A stretch of 64,000 bases of DNA, taken from the NCBI RefSeq assembly GCF_009914755.1, contig NC_060932.1; one strand, 5' to 3'. The notes below the pieces were generated by a model that ran no database searches, was not told the DNA's origin, and saw nothing but the letters and a program-made list of their open reading frames with translations. Every line of letters starts with the position of its first letter. The stretch's first letter is position 1. Shown here in pieces: positions 13,931 to 27,910 of the stretch. This DNA comes from the human T2T-CHM13v2.0 reference genome, Homo sapiens. Made by a program: the position numbers and the translations under genes.

Positions 13931-16900
13931 AAGAAAGAGAAGTGTTGAATCCTTAAATATCAGGATAAATGCTTCTCCTATCAGTTCCCTCCTATGGCAG
14001 GACTAATCACAGCCTTTGGAAGGTGTTTACTCTCATTCTCCATAGACTATCAGCTCCTTAAATAACTTATTCATCATCTTCTGCCTAATTATTGCTACAG
14101 TGCAGGGCACATAGTAGTCACTGATAAAATATTTGTTGAACAAATTGTTCCACACAAGAATACTTACAGATGCTTCTTAATCTCTTCTCATATGTATTGA
14201 CTTACACTGAATAATCTGTCTAGCATATTCTCACTCCTTTATGGCGTGCTAAATACAAGGAAGAATTTCAGTCTATGAGGCATGGCTTCCAACCAACGTC
14301 TCCAAGTCATGGTACTTATCATGAAGCCAAGTTATCTAACAACAATCTTCTGGGGTTAACATAACCTTATCCCATAAAATTTCTCTTATAGGCAGAAAAT
14401 TCACTTTAGTGGCTTATGAATGTCCTGAATATGTCAGACTGTTTCCTTACTGAGCATTCCCTCTGTATTCAATTTAAGAAACATGACAATCTGCGATTTT
14501 AATATTAATAAAGCAAATTGACTTACAAAAAGTGTACAGCATTCATGCATCCACAGTAGCTAATGGCTTAGGCAATAGGCAATATCCAGACATGCATACA
14601 ATTGTATAAAATTTGAGTTAAAATGTATTATTGCATAATTATGAGAATAGCTTCCTCCTGGGTAAAAAGTGTCAAGATGGGTTAAAAATCAGTGCCGTTT
14701 TACTTGGAGACCACATTATTCCAGTTTCTTTTGCTACAGGATAAATTGCTAAGTTGTAAGCAATTGGTGCCTTGAAACCAGCTGGCATCACGTAGCTGTG
14801 CACAACCCAAACACCATCAAGTGAAGTGCTTTATTATGTCCACCAGGATGTATGCACAGCCCGAAGTGCCTGCAACTACTGGACACTGCAGAAAACCTCC
14901 TTCTGCTGCTGAGTCGAATAACACGTAATGCCTTCACTAATAGAGAATAAAGTGGTTCCAAATAGTTGTCCTTAGGGAAGAAATACAGAATGGAAATTGA
15001 ATAACTTATCCCAGCTAGATGCTTTTGATTGGCCTTCTGGAATGTTCACATCCCTTTAAAACTTGGCAGAGTTCACCCCAGCAGTATAGGAGATGGAAGC
15101 CAAAAAGATAACACAAGATACTTTGAATTTCAGTTTTTTTCTACTCATGCATTATTATAACTAAACCGTATAAAAATAATGCTCTACTACCTTTGATATG
15201 GAACAAACAATGGATAAACTACTGGAAAGCCATTGCTGAAATACACATATCTAAATTTGGGGGAAAGGTGATCTCTAAGCAACAGGGAGAAATTCCATGT
15301 GTAACAGGAATTTTGAATGAAAGGGGCGTATTAGCCAGATAGCCAAGTTCCTACCACAGCATCCCCACAAAACTGTTGATATGTTTAGCGAGCCTTAGAA
15401 ATAGTCTCACTGGAAAGAAATTGGTAAAATGGAACTAAACATTTCAAGTCAATAGGGCTAAAATTATGTTTTTAGATAGATTTGGAGGTTCAGTTCTTAA
15501 AATTCCAAAGTCATGATTGTTCATGTCTTCTGAAAGATACACAGACTGTGATTAAATATTTTCTTTCCCCCAAAAAAAATCAATTTGAAAAACATGTGAA
15601 CTAGCAGGTGTATGTTGATAGAATAGATATGGCATAACACTACTCAGAAATCTCTGCTCAACATACTCTTAGTTTAGCAAACTGTAAAGTCTTTTGAGAC
15701 CAAGAACTATACAAGACTCTCCTCTCTTTTTCTAGCAAGAGGTGGACATATTTGATAAATAATTTTACTTTCTCTGTCAACTCTTGAAAAGACATTTCAA
15801 TAAGACATCACTTTTATATTTGTTAATGTGTGAAAGATCCCTGTAAAACTACCAAGGAACCAAACTGCATATTTTATCAGTCAAAACTAATTATTTCTCC
15901 TTGACAAATTATGCTTTTCTATTGTTTTTACGAATTCTTAAGCAGATCAATCAGCATAATACACTCATACCAGAATCTCGCTCATGAACTTTATATGTTT
16001 CTTTCATATCTGCCATAAAGGCAATGGGAAATCCTTGTAAGTAGCAGAGTAACCATAGGGCCTTTAGACAGTTCATAAACATTAAATAGAAAATATAATA
16101 GTCAGATATTTGAGTTGATGTACTCCTCTCATTATAGTCAATCTCAGCATTGCTCCTAATTGGATCAACGTCGCATGGAAACAAGTGCAACATGCTTCTA
16201 GTAATAAAAGACAAAGGAATGCCTGAACACACAGTAAAGAGTGTGCTTGCTCATCAGAGAGGCACTTATTAGGAGGCACAGAAATTTTTCCTGCAGTTAG
16301 AAAAAAAAAAATTATTCTGCTTTGCTTCCCTTTACAATGTTGCTATAAATTTCATAGCATAGAATAATATGTGTAGAAAAAATAATACTTTAATACCCAA
16401 AGCAACTGAAAACACAAAATCACTCATTTAACCCCCCTCTTTTTAGCAGGAAAAATTATATTTCTATTAAAATTAAAATACATTCATATATAGGTTTTGC
16501 TTATTGAAATAATGTAAATGCCCCAGAAAGCAATGCTTCTATGATCATAAAATTGTAAACAAACAACCAAGACACATTTTAAGCATCAGTGGTTATATAT
16601 TTCTCTTAGGCAAATGGTCTTCAGTGAAACTCCTGGGCTTACCATCAAGATCTTTAGTGGAATTAAACATTTTAGATGGAACAAGCTGTTTCTAGGATGC
16701 ACTTGATCGTGGTCCTTTACACTCTTCTAAAACTTGTCCTCACTCTAACTCCAGAATCCACTGTTTTGATTTTATTACCAAAAATACAATGCTGGTTGTT
16801 TGTACCTGCCAAAAAAAAAAACTTGAATGAAATGATTAACATGGTTCATTAGATAATGCCTGAGGACATGCACATTCAAGGCATATTTCAAAGGAACAAA

Positions 16901-17571
16901 TGCCATTTTATTATTACGATGATTCATACAATGCACATTAGTAATACATGTACAGGCAGACTTTGTCTTACGGTGCTTTGCTTTACTGTGCTTCAGAGAT
17001 ACTGTGTTTCTTACAACCTGAAGGTCTGTGGCAACCCTGAGTGGAGCAAGTCTACTGGTGACATTTTCCCAACAGCATGTGCTCACTTTGTGTTTCTGTA
17101 TCATATTTGGGTAATTCTCCCAATATTTCAAATGTTTTCATTATTATTATATCTGTTATAGTGGTCTGTGTTCAGTGATCTTTGGTGTTATCATTGTAAT
17201 TGTTTGGGGGACCACGAACCACAGCCACACAAGATGGTGTACTTAAATGTTGTGTGTGTTCTGACTGCTCCAACCAGCTGTTCCCCCCATCTCTCTCCCT
17301 CTCCTTGGGCCTCCCAATTCCCTGAGAAAGAACAGTATTGAAATTAGACCAACTAATAACCCTCCCACAGCCTGTAAGTGTTCAAGGGAAAAGAAGAGTG
17401 GCAAGTCTGTCACTTTAAATCAAAAGCTAGAAATGATTAAACTAGTGAGGAAGGCATGTCAAAAGCCAAGATAGGCCTCTGTACCTTAGACCAGAGCAAA
17501 GCCCTCACTCTCTTCAATTTTGTGAAGACTGAGAGAGATGAGGAGGCTAGAGAAGAAAAGTTTGAAGCTAG

Positions 17572-18186
<615 letters not shown>

Positions 18187-21100
18187 TGAAGCTAGCAGAG
18201 GCTGTTCATGAAGTTTAAGGAAAGAAGGCATCTCCATAACATAAAAGTACAAGGTGAAGCAGCAAGTTTTGATCTAGAAGCTGCAGCAAGTTATCCAGAA
18301 GACCTGGCTAAAATCACTGATGAAAGTGGCCACACTAAACAACAGATTTTCAATGTAAAGGAAACAGCCTGCTATTGGAAAACAATGCCATCTAAGACTT
18401 TTGTAGCAAGAAAGAAGTCAATGACTGGCTTCAAAACTTTGAAGGACAGGCTGAACTCTCCTATCAGGGGCTAATGCAGTTGATGAATTTAAGTTGAAAC
18501 CAAATTTTATTTACCCTTCTTAAGATCCTAGAGCCTTTAAGAATGATGCTAAATCTACTTAGCCTATGCCCTAGAAATGGAACAACAAAGCCTGGATGAC
18601 AGCACATCTGTTTACAGCAGAGTTTACTGAATATTTTAAGTCTACCGCTGCGACCTACTTCCCAGAAAAAAAAAAAAAAAAAGAATCTTTTCAAAATATT
18701 ACCACTCATTGACAATGCACCTGGTCACCCAAGAGCTCTGATGGAGATGTACAAGGAGATTAATGATGTTTTTCATGCCTACTAACACATTATTCCTTCA
18801 GCAAGCCTGGATCAAGAAGTAATTTTGACTTTCAAGTCTTATTATTTATGAAATACATTTCTTATGGCTACAGCTGCCATAGATAGTGAATCCTCTGATA
18901 GATCTAGACAAAGTACACTGAAAACCTTCTGGAAAAGATTCACCATTCTAAATGCCATTAAGAACATTCGTGATTCATGAGAGAAAGTCAAAATATCAAC
19001 ATTAACAAGAGTTTGTTGGAAGTGCATTTTAACCCTCGGGGATGACTTAGAGGGGTTCAAGACTTCAGTGGAGGAAGTAACTTCAGATGTGGTAGAGAAT
19101 CTCAAGAAAACTAGAATTTGAAGTGGAGCCTGTGATATGACTGAATTGCTGCAATCTCATAATCAAACTTGAACAAATGAGGTCTTGCTTCTTATGGATG
19201 AGCAAAGAAAGTAGTTTCTTAAAATGGAGTCAACTGCTGGTGAAGATACTGTGAACACTTAAAATGACAACAAAGCATTTAGAATATTACATCAACTTAG
19301 TTGATAAGGCAGTAGCAAGGATTGAGAGAATTTACTCCAATTTTAATAGTTCTACTGTAGGTAAAATGCTATCAGACAGCCTCACATGCAAAAAAGAAAT
19401 CTTTTGTGAAAAGAAGAGTCCATTAATGCAGGAAACTTCCTCATCTTATTTTAAGAAAATTCCACAGCTTCCCCAGCCTTCAGCAACCACCATCCTGATC
19501 AGTCAGCAGCCATCAACAGTGAGGGAAGACCCTCCACCAGAAAAAAAGCTTACAACTTGGCGAAGGCTCCAATGATCGTCAGCATGTTTTAGCAATAAAG
19601 TGTTTTCAAATTAAGCTGTGTTCATTTTTTAGACATAATGCTATTGCACATTTAATAGGCTACAATATAGTGTAAACATAACTTTTATATATCCTGCAAA
19701 ACCAAAAAACAATTGTGTGACTCACTTTTATGCGATATTAGCTTAATTGTAGTTGTCTGGGACTAAACCTGCAATATCTTTGTAATGACTGTATGTAAAT
19801 TAGCTAATAATTTTGAGGACCATTAATGATTTTGAGGACCAGGAGATATTCCTCCTCTGGAGCTAGGAATGAAATCATTGTCACCCAGAATGAGTGGCTG
19901 AGAACGGGGCAAGGATGAATTCTCCAAAGGAAAGTCCCCTGTTGGGAAAGTGGTGGGGGTGCAAAAGCCACCACTCAATTGTTCAAGGAAAGCCTTTGGA
20001 GTGGAAGAGATAGTAATCATTCCAGCTTGGACATGAAATGAAAAACCAGGAGTAGAAATGTCATAGATAAAGATGTATTTGCACTTTAAGTCCTATGGAG
20101 TGTAACTAGTATAAGCTGCTTCACAATCTTAGACTTCAGACATCTTTGTAGTAGGGAGTCTGGAATCTCTCTCAGGGCTCCCTCTTTCCCCTACATGTCA
20201 AAAATCCTGCCCCATAGGGAGTTAGTCGAACCAGTGGTTCCCTTTCTCACTACTGCTCAGGACCACCTGTGAAGTTGAGTGCTCACAGTCCCACAGCTCG
20301 TGGTCCCAGTGCTGGGATGTGTTCTTGGCCTTGGTTCAGCTTTTCTGGAAAAAACAACCTCATTCTCACATTGCAGATCTCAAGTAGAGGTGTTCCAAGC
20401 TCTGGTTCCCAAGGCTTTAGGACTCAGTGCCCTATGCTTCAGTTCCGCACTAACTGCCTTCCAGAGCACCAACTACTCCACAAGGGCCAAGTCAAATGAA
20501 CCCCAGTACTCCCTGTCCTGTGGATACAGAATTAATATTCCTGATTTCTCCCTGGGAATGCACACCACTAGTGCCTTTCCTTTTTCTTTTTCTTTTTTTT
20601 AATACCCCATTTATTTGGACATAGTGCTATCTGCCCATCCTTTTTAGGGCAGCCTCACTGAATACTTTCCTACTTTCCCTATTCTGTAAGACAAATTTCA
20701 GGTTCTCAGTAGTCATCAGTGTTGCAAAGAGTGGCCTATAGTTTTCTCTCCTCATTGTACCCATTTTTTTTTTTTTTGCTGTGTTTTTATGTTACTCATA
20801 CGGTGAGTTCAATCCAAGTTGGAGATTTATCCTTGATTGATATATATAAGAATATTTCTAGAAAAGATTTGTCCTCAGAATGCCCTGCCAAAGAGGTAAA
20901 ATTCAATTTTTCTCTTTTCCAGGAAGGATAAGCATTAACAAGCACAGATGGTGAACAAAGGTGAGACCGGGCGTGACACAAGTCTTCAGGGATGAACAAT
21001 GAGGGGCACTCAGTAGTGCCAGGGCAGCTCTTGGATATAGTCTTCATTATATAGAGGGAGAAAAAAAGGAAAACCCAGAGGCTTGGGGATTAAATGATTT

Positions 21101-22351
21101 GCCCAAGATCATACACCTTCTTAGTGCCAGAAGAAAACAGGTATTCTGACTGGTGGCCTTCCATGACATCATGCCTGTGCAAATGACAATCACATCACAA
21201 TAAATAACACAAAAGAAACTGTAGCCATTATCTTCTATTTTGCACTCTGCTTGCACTTGGTCTGTTTTTTCCTAACATACACCAGACTTGAATGACAAAA
21301 GACTTATCTTTAGAAGATAAAATCCACCCAAGGAGTATCCTTCAGGGGAAAGAGCACACAAAGAAGCTTAGAGTTTAGAAGGAAGAACAAATATTAGGAA
21401 ATTAAAGGGAACTTGTGTTACTTATCTTTAGACTCAATCATTTTTAAAAAATGAATTATTGTATTTATTATTATTGCCCTAAATATATATGCAAAATATT
21501 TTTCTAGTAAATTTTTTTCACTATTTTTCAAGTCTTGGAAGTTTAAGCCATCAATCTAAGATGTAACAAGACTTACAGTGAACAATCCAATGCTTGTTTT
21601 TTAAAAATGTCTCTAATGCATTAAAATCTATGAGGTTATTCAAGGATAATTAAATGTGATGTTTTAAAAGGGGAAAAAAGCACAGTATGACTGTATGGGA
21701 AAAGAAAACAAAATTAATTAGACACAGGCCTGGGAACAAGTCAATTTTTTTTCATGTTAATTTTCATTAATAGATTTTTTTTTTTTGCACAAACCTCCAT
21801 TTCGAAAGAGAATGAAATGAAATATCATTCAAAAGGAAGAGGAGGACGATTCTTTGTCAACCACACAGGCATTCAAATGGCAAGTGTGGGATTTCCTCCA
21901 CCACAAAGTGAGGTACAGCTGGCCTCAGACTCCAAAGAATGAACATTCAAAGAAACATTAAATTACTCTAAATTTTGCCTTTAAATTCCTATCTGGTTTG
22001 CTAATACTTTGGTGGAAGGTTCTACCACCTTTCTAAGATAAAGCCTTCTGTTTTCTAAGACGAGGTCCTGAGTTGCAAACCTTTTCTTATTTTCTCTTCT
22101 GGCATCCAGGAGCAACTAAGGGCAGCATTATTTTTTCTATGAGGCACAGAGATTCCAGGATCCCTTTCTTCCCTAGGCTACACGTGGGCCCATGCCGGAG
22201 TCGCAGCTCTCTGCGACACTGTCCTCCCTGATGGGCGAGGGAAGGGCCTGGAGGCGGCGGAGGGCAGCGGGGGCGAGGTCCGGATGGGCCCAGCCCCGGG
22301 TGCCAGCAGCCCTTGCTCCTGCTACAGCGTTGAGGAGGGCTGCCACTCTTT

Positions 22352-22385
<34 letters not shown>
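22352..22385. repeat. (TA)n(TG)n microsatellite
   Basis: Directly visible. Confidence 0.95.
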
Positions 22386-22776
22386 AAAAACATTTATTCT
22401 GGGAATCTAACATCTGGACAAAAAATATTGGACTTTAGAAAAAGCCTACACCAAATTGTCTTATTTCTTCCCTCATACAGAATTCTGTACAGAATACATA
22501 CAGAATAAGGAGGTGAAAAAAACTTTAAAAATAACATTGCTCCAGTTTGTCTGCAGGTATGTGATTTAAAATATCTCTGTTCTATTGAGGTATAGGCTGC
22601 AAACTTCGGTAAAATTAGAAAAATTAACAAACCCTTTTTAAAAAATACAAAACAAGTCCCCCCCTCAAAAAAGTCAAACAAACAAACAAAAAAACCTAAC
22701 GTATCTTTCTTGGTACATATACACTAACTACAAAAAAATTTCATTTGGAAAATGTGTTCATTAAAAAAAAAAAAAA
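22353..22776 (-). pseudogene. Probable retroposed mRNA 3'UTR fragment (5'-truncated processed pseudogene)
   Basis: Minus-strand AATAAA (22393-22398) shortly before a tail decayed into a (TA)(TG)n microsatellite; U-rich UTR-like composition; degenerate TSD cc(a)ctctt(t/g)t. Confidence 0.55.
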
Positions 22777-24994
22777 TCCCTCTTGTAAGTTCTCAATTGC
22801 CGAGTTAAAAAACGGCATTAAAATGATCTGTTAAACTCAAACTGTTCCCAAGCACCCGCCCCATGTCAGGAAGAACTGGATGACCGCCATTTCTAGAACC
22901 TGCTGCAGGGAAGCCAGCGGAGCAGGCGAGGTGGGGCTCCCAGAGGGTCGGCGGGCGCAGCTGCCTTGCGCGGGCTCCTAGGCGAGGGAGAGCCCCGCGC
23001 TGGGTAGGGGAAGTTCCTGCCCCCCTCCGCTGCCCCACCCGCTAGGCCCCAGGCCCCAGATGTCTCCGTGCCGCCCTGTCTCTACCTGCGCTCTCTGCCC
23101 CGGTCCGCGAGGTCTAGGGTCACTACATCCCCTGTCTCGCGGGTACTCAGGGCTCCCTCTGCACTTAGAGCACAGTCACCACCCTGGACCGGTGTGGGTA
23201 GGCCCCCACCTCCCCTCCTCGTCTGCTTCTACATGTCCACCCTTCTTGTGCCCGGCCTGTCCCCACCTTGTGTGCCTGTATGGCCGTGCTCAGTCCCGAC
23301 CTCGGAAAGGCTGCTCCTTCTTGCGGTTGAGATCCTAGGACCAACACCCTCTCCTCACTCCATCCAGACTAGCGAATCCTCCCGCCCAAACCCCAGGTCT
23401 CACAGCCCCAGCACCAGGGAAAAGCATCTCATCAGGCCCTGCTGCGACAAGGAGAGCTCCGCGGGGCAGGGCCTTGCCTGTCTGGGCCCCAGCAAGGAAC
23501 AAGTGCAAAGCTGAATCTGTAAAGTAATGGAACCCTAAAGGTGCTACCTGCTTCCCAGGGGAAGTCGTGAGAACTGATCTGTGTGCCTGTGTCCTACTGC
23601 CTTTAGTCAAGCGCCAGGCACACAGGAAAGAAACACTTGCTGCAAAAAAGCTACCGGCGCATCATTCATGCGGCCAGAGCCTTCACATAACAAATGCTTA
23701 TTGCACACATCCTGTATTCCAGGCACCGTGTTATGAGTTTGGGATGGAGTACTCATGAAGACAGAATGATCCCTTTTGTGGAGCTTATAATGTCATGGGG
23801 AAAACATTAAATAAGTAAATACAAATGTTGATTAAAGTTGTCAGAAAACAAGTACACAGCATGCCACGGAAGCCTAGAGCAGCAGGACCCAACCTGTTGA
23901 AACATTTGTGTATGGGATCCTCAAATCCCAAATCCTGAGGCCTGCCTGTTCAGCCATGTAAACAGCCCCACCAGGAGGCCTGCCTTCCTTGCAGGTCTGT
24001 CAGGAGGCTCCTCTATTTTTGCCCAGCGCAGTCCCTCTCCAGGGCTCCCTCTTCAAAGCTAATGCTGGCTTCACTCCTCTCCTATACCCAAGAGATTTTA
24101 ACTCAAAAGTGAAAACTTCTCCCAATCTGCCCCTTCTCCCTTGCTTCTAGGTACTTTCTAGATCTCCGAAGTTTTCTGATTTTTTCTAGACCACCACCCT
24201 CTACCTCCCCAGGGATTCCTTTTTATTTTTAAAAACTCTAAAGCTCCAGGCTCCTACAGCTGTGTGTGCACAAAAACAAACAAATAAAACCCTTAAGATT
24301 CTCCTTCTTCCCCACACATCTATTTCAAGGGAAAGATGAGGGGGCAATTTTCCAATAGCACAAATCTCAGAATTCTGATAAATACAAATTAGAGATAGGG
24401 AAAAATACTATGATATACAAGCTATGATTTTAATTGGTATGAAACTTTGTGCAGAACTTTGACGATCATGGCTTGGAGAACTAGGAACTTTTCCTGTGTT
24501 CAGCAGGGACTTGGAAGAATTGCCCCCTTTCTATTACACAAAGATGCTTGCTAAAATATAGTGGTGGTTTGGGACCAAAGCAAGCTATGAGCACAATGAC
24601 AATTATAGGAAAACAAGTGTGCCTCTGTACTGAAAACCCCAAGTCCAAGAATTTATTAGATTACCATCTTCTAAACATACTCTCCAGTAGCTCATGTATC
24701 TCTCACACCCGGTAAAAACTTAAGTTTCTGGGAAAAAAAGAATGTTTCTGAACATTAAATCATCATTTCAGGAACTTGCAACCTTAGTAAAGTCATGCTA
24801 AGAGTGAGTGTTTCCAGTGCTTCCTCAACAAAAATAACTTTTTGGCTTCAAGAGACACTAATTGATCATTTTCGTAATCTTTGTAAATACACTTCTTTGT
24901 ACCCTGCCTTATTTTTTAAAAAGAGATCCAGAATCTTTTAGAATTTACCATTTTCACCTCTGGGTTTTAATGGATACAATAATACTAGTACTAA

Positions 24995-25180
24995 TAGGTG
25001 CAGCTAACATTCGAATAGTTCCTGGTACATGGTAAATAAGCACAAAATTATAGGCGAGGAGACTGACACCAAAGGATTGAAGCTACTTGCCCAAAGACAC
25101 ACAGCTCATAAACTGTGAAGGGAAAATTCAAGTGCAGGCAGTCAGGCTCTGGGATCCAGGGTCCTAAATACTGAGCTCTC
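24995..25180 (-). mobile_element. MIR remnant
   Basis: gcagctaacatt...gaggagactgacac...acttgcccaaagacacacagct. Confidence 0.6.
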
Positions 25181-27599
25181 TTGCCCCTCAACTAGATCTG
25201 TGAGCCAGAAATACATTGCAGGCAAAGCCTAAGCTTGCTAAGAGACGTCTTCTTACACAGAGAAAGACCGGTAGATCATGTGGTCACATGACTTCCATGG
25301 GCTTTATTCTGTGAGACTCAGATCATATTCACAACTGTGTAGTCCAAATTGGCCAGGACTGTGGGTGACAGTGCCTTCCAAACTACACAGAGGTGACCTG
25401 CAATCATTCAGGAAGGCACCCTTAACAAACAACGGCTCAGAGCTTGAAGGTCACGAAATGAAAAGCCATTCTCTAACAGTCAGAGAGTACCCAGGGATTG
25501 GGTTAACCCAACGCAGCTGTGACCATGTCATCCAGGTGACTTTCTGCTGCCTTAATTCCATCTCGTTGGTCAAATTCATTGGACGGAGAAAAGTATGGAA
25601 GGGTACACAAGTAGTTTTGCATAACTTATCAACCCTGCCGGTGCATGCAACCCTAAAAGTCAGGTGTTCATATAGCTCCCCCTTAGTAGAGTTAGCTTCC
25701 CACTCTCTCTGGACAGTTGAGGTTAGTACTTGTCCTGCTTTACCAGATAGTGGCAAAGAAAAATTCAATAGTGGATATAAAATCCTTCAATGCTTAATCA
25801 TTATAGGGGCTGTTCTTGAAAGTTAGATTTTTTTGTATAGGCTCTATTCTCAGTACAAGGACCTAGATGCCCGGGTGAGTAAGATTTAGCAATACATTGT
25901 AAATCTGATGATGTCCCACTTAGAAAAAATAAATTCTTTTCTGTTTACAGAATCTGTTACCCTTCTTTTGCATTCAAAAAATTCAAAGAAATATTAAAAG
26001 AAAAATATAATCAGAAATTATACAAAAAAAGAAAATAAATGATTTAGAAAAAGTAGGTGGAAAACATTGAGTTTTACCTTCTGCCTTAAGTAAGAAGAGC
26101 AATCAGCTACTTGAAATCTTCCTTGAGGGGCCAAGATGGCTGACTAAAAACAGCTGCGGTCAGAGGCGCCCACTGAGAAGAATGAAAATGGCGAGTGAAT
26201 CCTGCACCACAACTGAGGTATCGAGGTTCTCTCACTGGGACTGACTAGGTGGTTGGCATGACCCACGGACAGCAAGGAAAAGAAGAGTAGTGTGACAGCC
26301 CTCCTGGGAGCCACACAGGGCAAGGGGAGCTCCTACCCCCAGCCAAGAGATGTGATGAGTGATAGTGCTACCCTGTCTGGGAAACCACGCTTTTTCCACT
26401 GATCTATGTGACCGGGGGATCCTCGTGAGCCCACACCACCAGGGCCTTGGGTCCCAAGCATAGAGCTGTGCAGATTCTCAGCAACCACTCAGCTGGAGAC
26501 TGCCTAAAACTACCGAATTCCCGGCAGGAGAGGTGTTCATCATCACTGCAGCTGCCTGCTGCCTAAGACAACTGAACTCCCAGGGCAGGGGTGGCAGCCA
26601 TCACCGCAGCTCCAGTCTGCCATTTTTCCCCCTGCTGGTGCTGGGGAGACTGGATGGTTTGGACCCAGGAGGAATTCCCCACAGCACAGGATAATGGCTG
26701 TGGTACATTGTGGCCAGACTGCCTCTTCAGGCCAGACCTTGACCCAGCCCTCCTCACTGGGCGGGGCCTCCCTGCTGGAGTTTCCGCAACTCCAGCCTTG
26801 GGTTTAGGGACAGCACTCTGATCTTCCTGGGACTGAGCTCCTGTAGGGAGAGGCAGCCGTGGTCTCCATGAATCAGCAGACTTAGTCTTTACCCCTGAGG
26901 GCTCTGAGAACCAGGCAGTCTGGACAAATGGGATGTCCCCCAGCACAGCACACCCTATCCACCAAGGGGCAGCTAGAGTGCTTTGTTAAGCAGGTCCCAG
27001 ATCCCATGCCTCCTGATTGGGTGAGACCCCCCACAACAGGGGTTGCCAGACACCTTATACAGGAGGGTTCCCACCGGCATCAGGTTGGTGCCCCTCTGGG
27101 ACAGACAGCCCAGGGGAAGGAGCGGCAGCCATCTTTGCTGTTCTGTAACCTCCACTGATGACACTTGCACGAGGGACCCAGGTCTGGAGTGGACCCCCAG
27201 GAAACCACAGCAGCCCTATGAAAGAGGGGTCTGACTGTTAAAAACAAACAAGCAAACAAACAGAAAGCAACAATAACAACAACAGCATCAACAAAAAAGC
27301 CCCCACAAAAACTCCACAAAGGTCAGCAGCCTCAAAGATCAAAACCAGATAATATCACTCATGAAGATGAGAAAGAATCAACAAAAAAATGCTGGTAATT
27401 CAAAAAGACAGAGCACCACTTCTCCTCCAAATGATCACAACACCTCTCCAGCAAGGGCACAGCGCTGAGCAGAGACTGAGATGGATGAATTAACAGAAGT
27501 AGGCTTCAGAAGGTGGGTAATAATGAACTTTGCTGAACTAAAGGAACATGTTCTAACCCAATGCAGAGCAGCTAAGAACCATGATAAAACATTATAGGA

Positions 27600-27910
27600 A
27601 CTGGGCACAAGGACTCACGCCTGTAATCCCAGCACTTTGGGAGGCCAAGGTGGTCAGATCACTAGAGGTCAGGAGTTCAAGACCAGCCTGGCGAACATAG
27701 TGAAACACCGTCTGTACTAAAAATACAAAAATTAGTTGGGCGTGGTGACTGACACATGTCTGTAATCCCAGCTACTCAGGAGGCTAAGGCATGAGAATCA
27801 CTTGAATCTGGGAGGCAGAGGTTGCAATGAGCCAAGATCATGCCACTGCACTACCCTGGGCAACAGAGCAAGACTCTGTCAACAACAACAACAACAACAA
27901 CAAAAGATGG
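27600..27910 (+). mobile_element. Alu SINE (AluS) nested in L1 ORF1
   Basis: Full Alu with (CAA)n tail; degenerate TSD aaaa(ca/g)tta(t/c)agga. Confidence 0.92.

Larger units (their letters stand above)
22180..23500. promoter_or_regulatory. Intronic GC/CpG-rich island (candidate regulatory element), interrupted by an AT-rich insert
   Basis: Abrupt GC and CpG enrichment at 22180-22345 and 22850-23500 versus AT-rich flanks; CACGTG at 22181; GC boxes. Confidence 0.55.

Noticed and set aside
18208-19575. Transposase-like ORFs as a domesticated TIGD gene
   Set aside because: Fragmented by stops, frameshifts, a deletion and insertions; fossil Tigger1
23068-23514. 148-aa Pro/Ser-rich ORF in the CpG island
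   Set aside because: Expected in GC-rich DNA; no recognisable homology
25278-25826. 182-aa ATG-initiated ORF, the longest in the track
   Set aside because: No recognisable family or exon context; cannot be supported without conservation or Ribo-seq data
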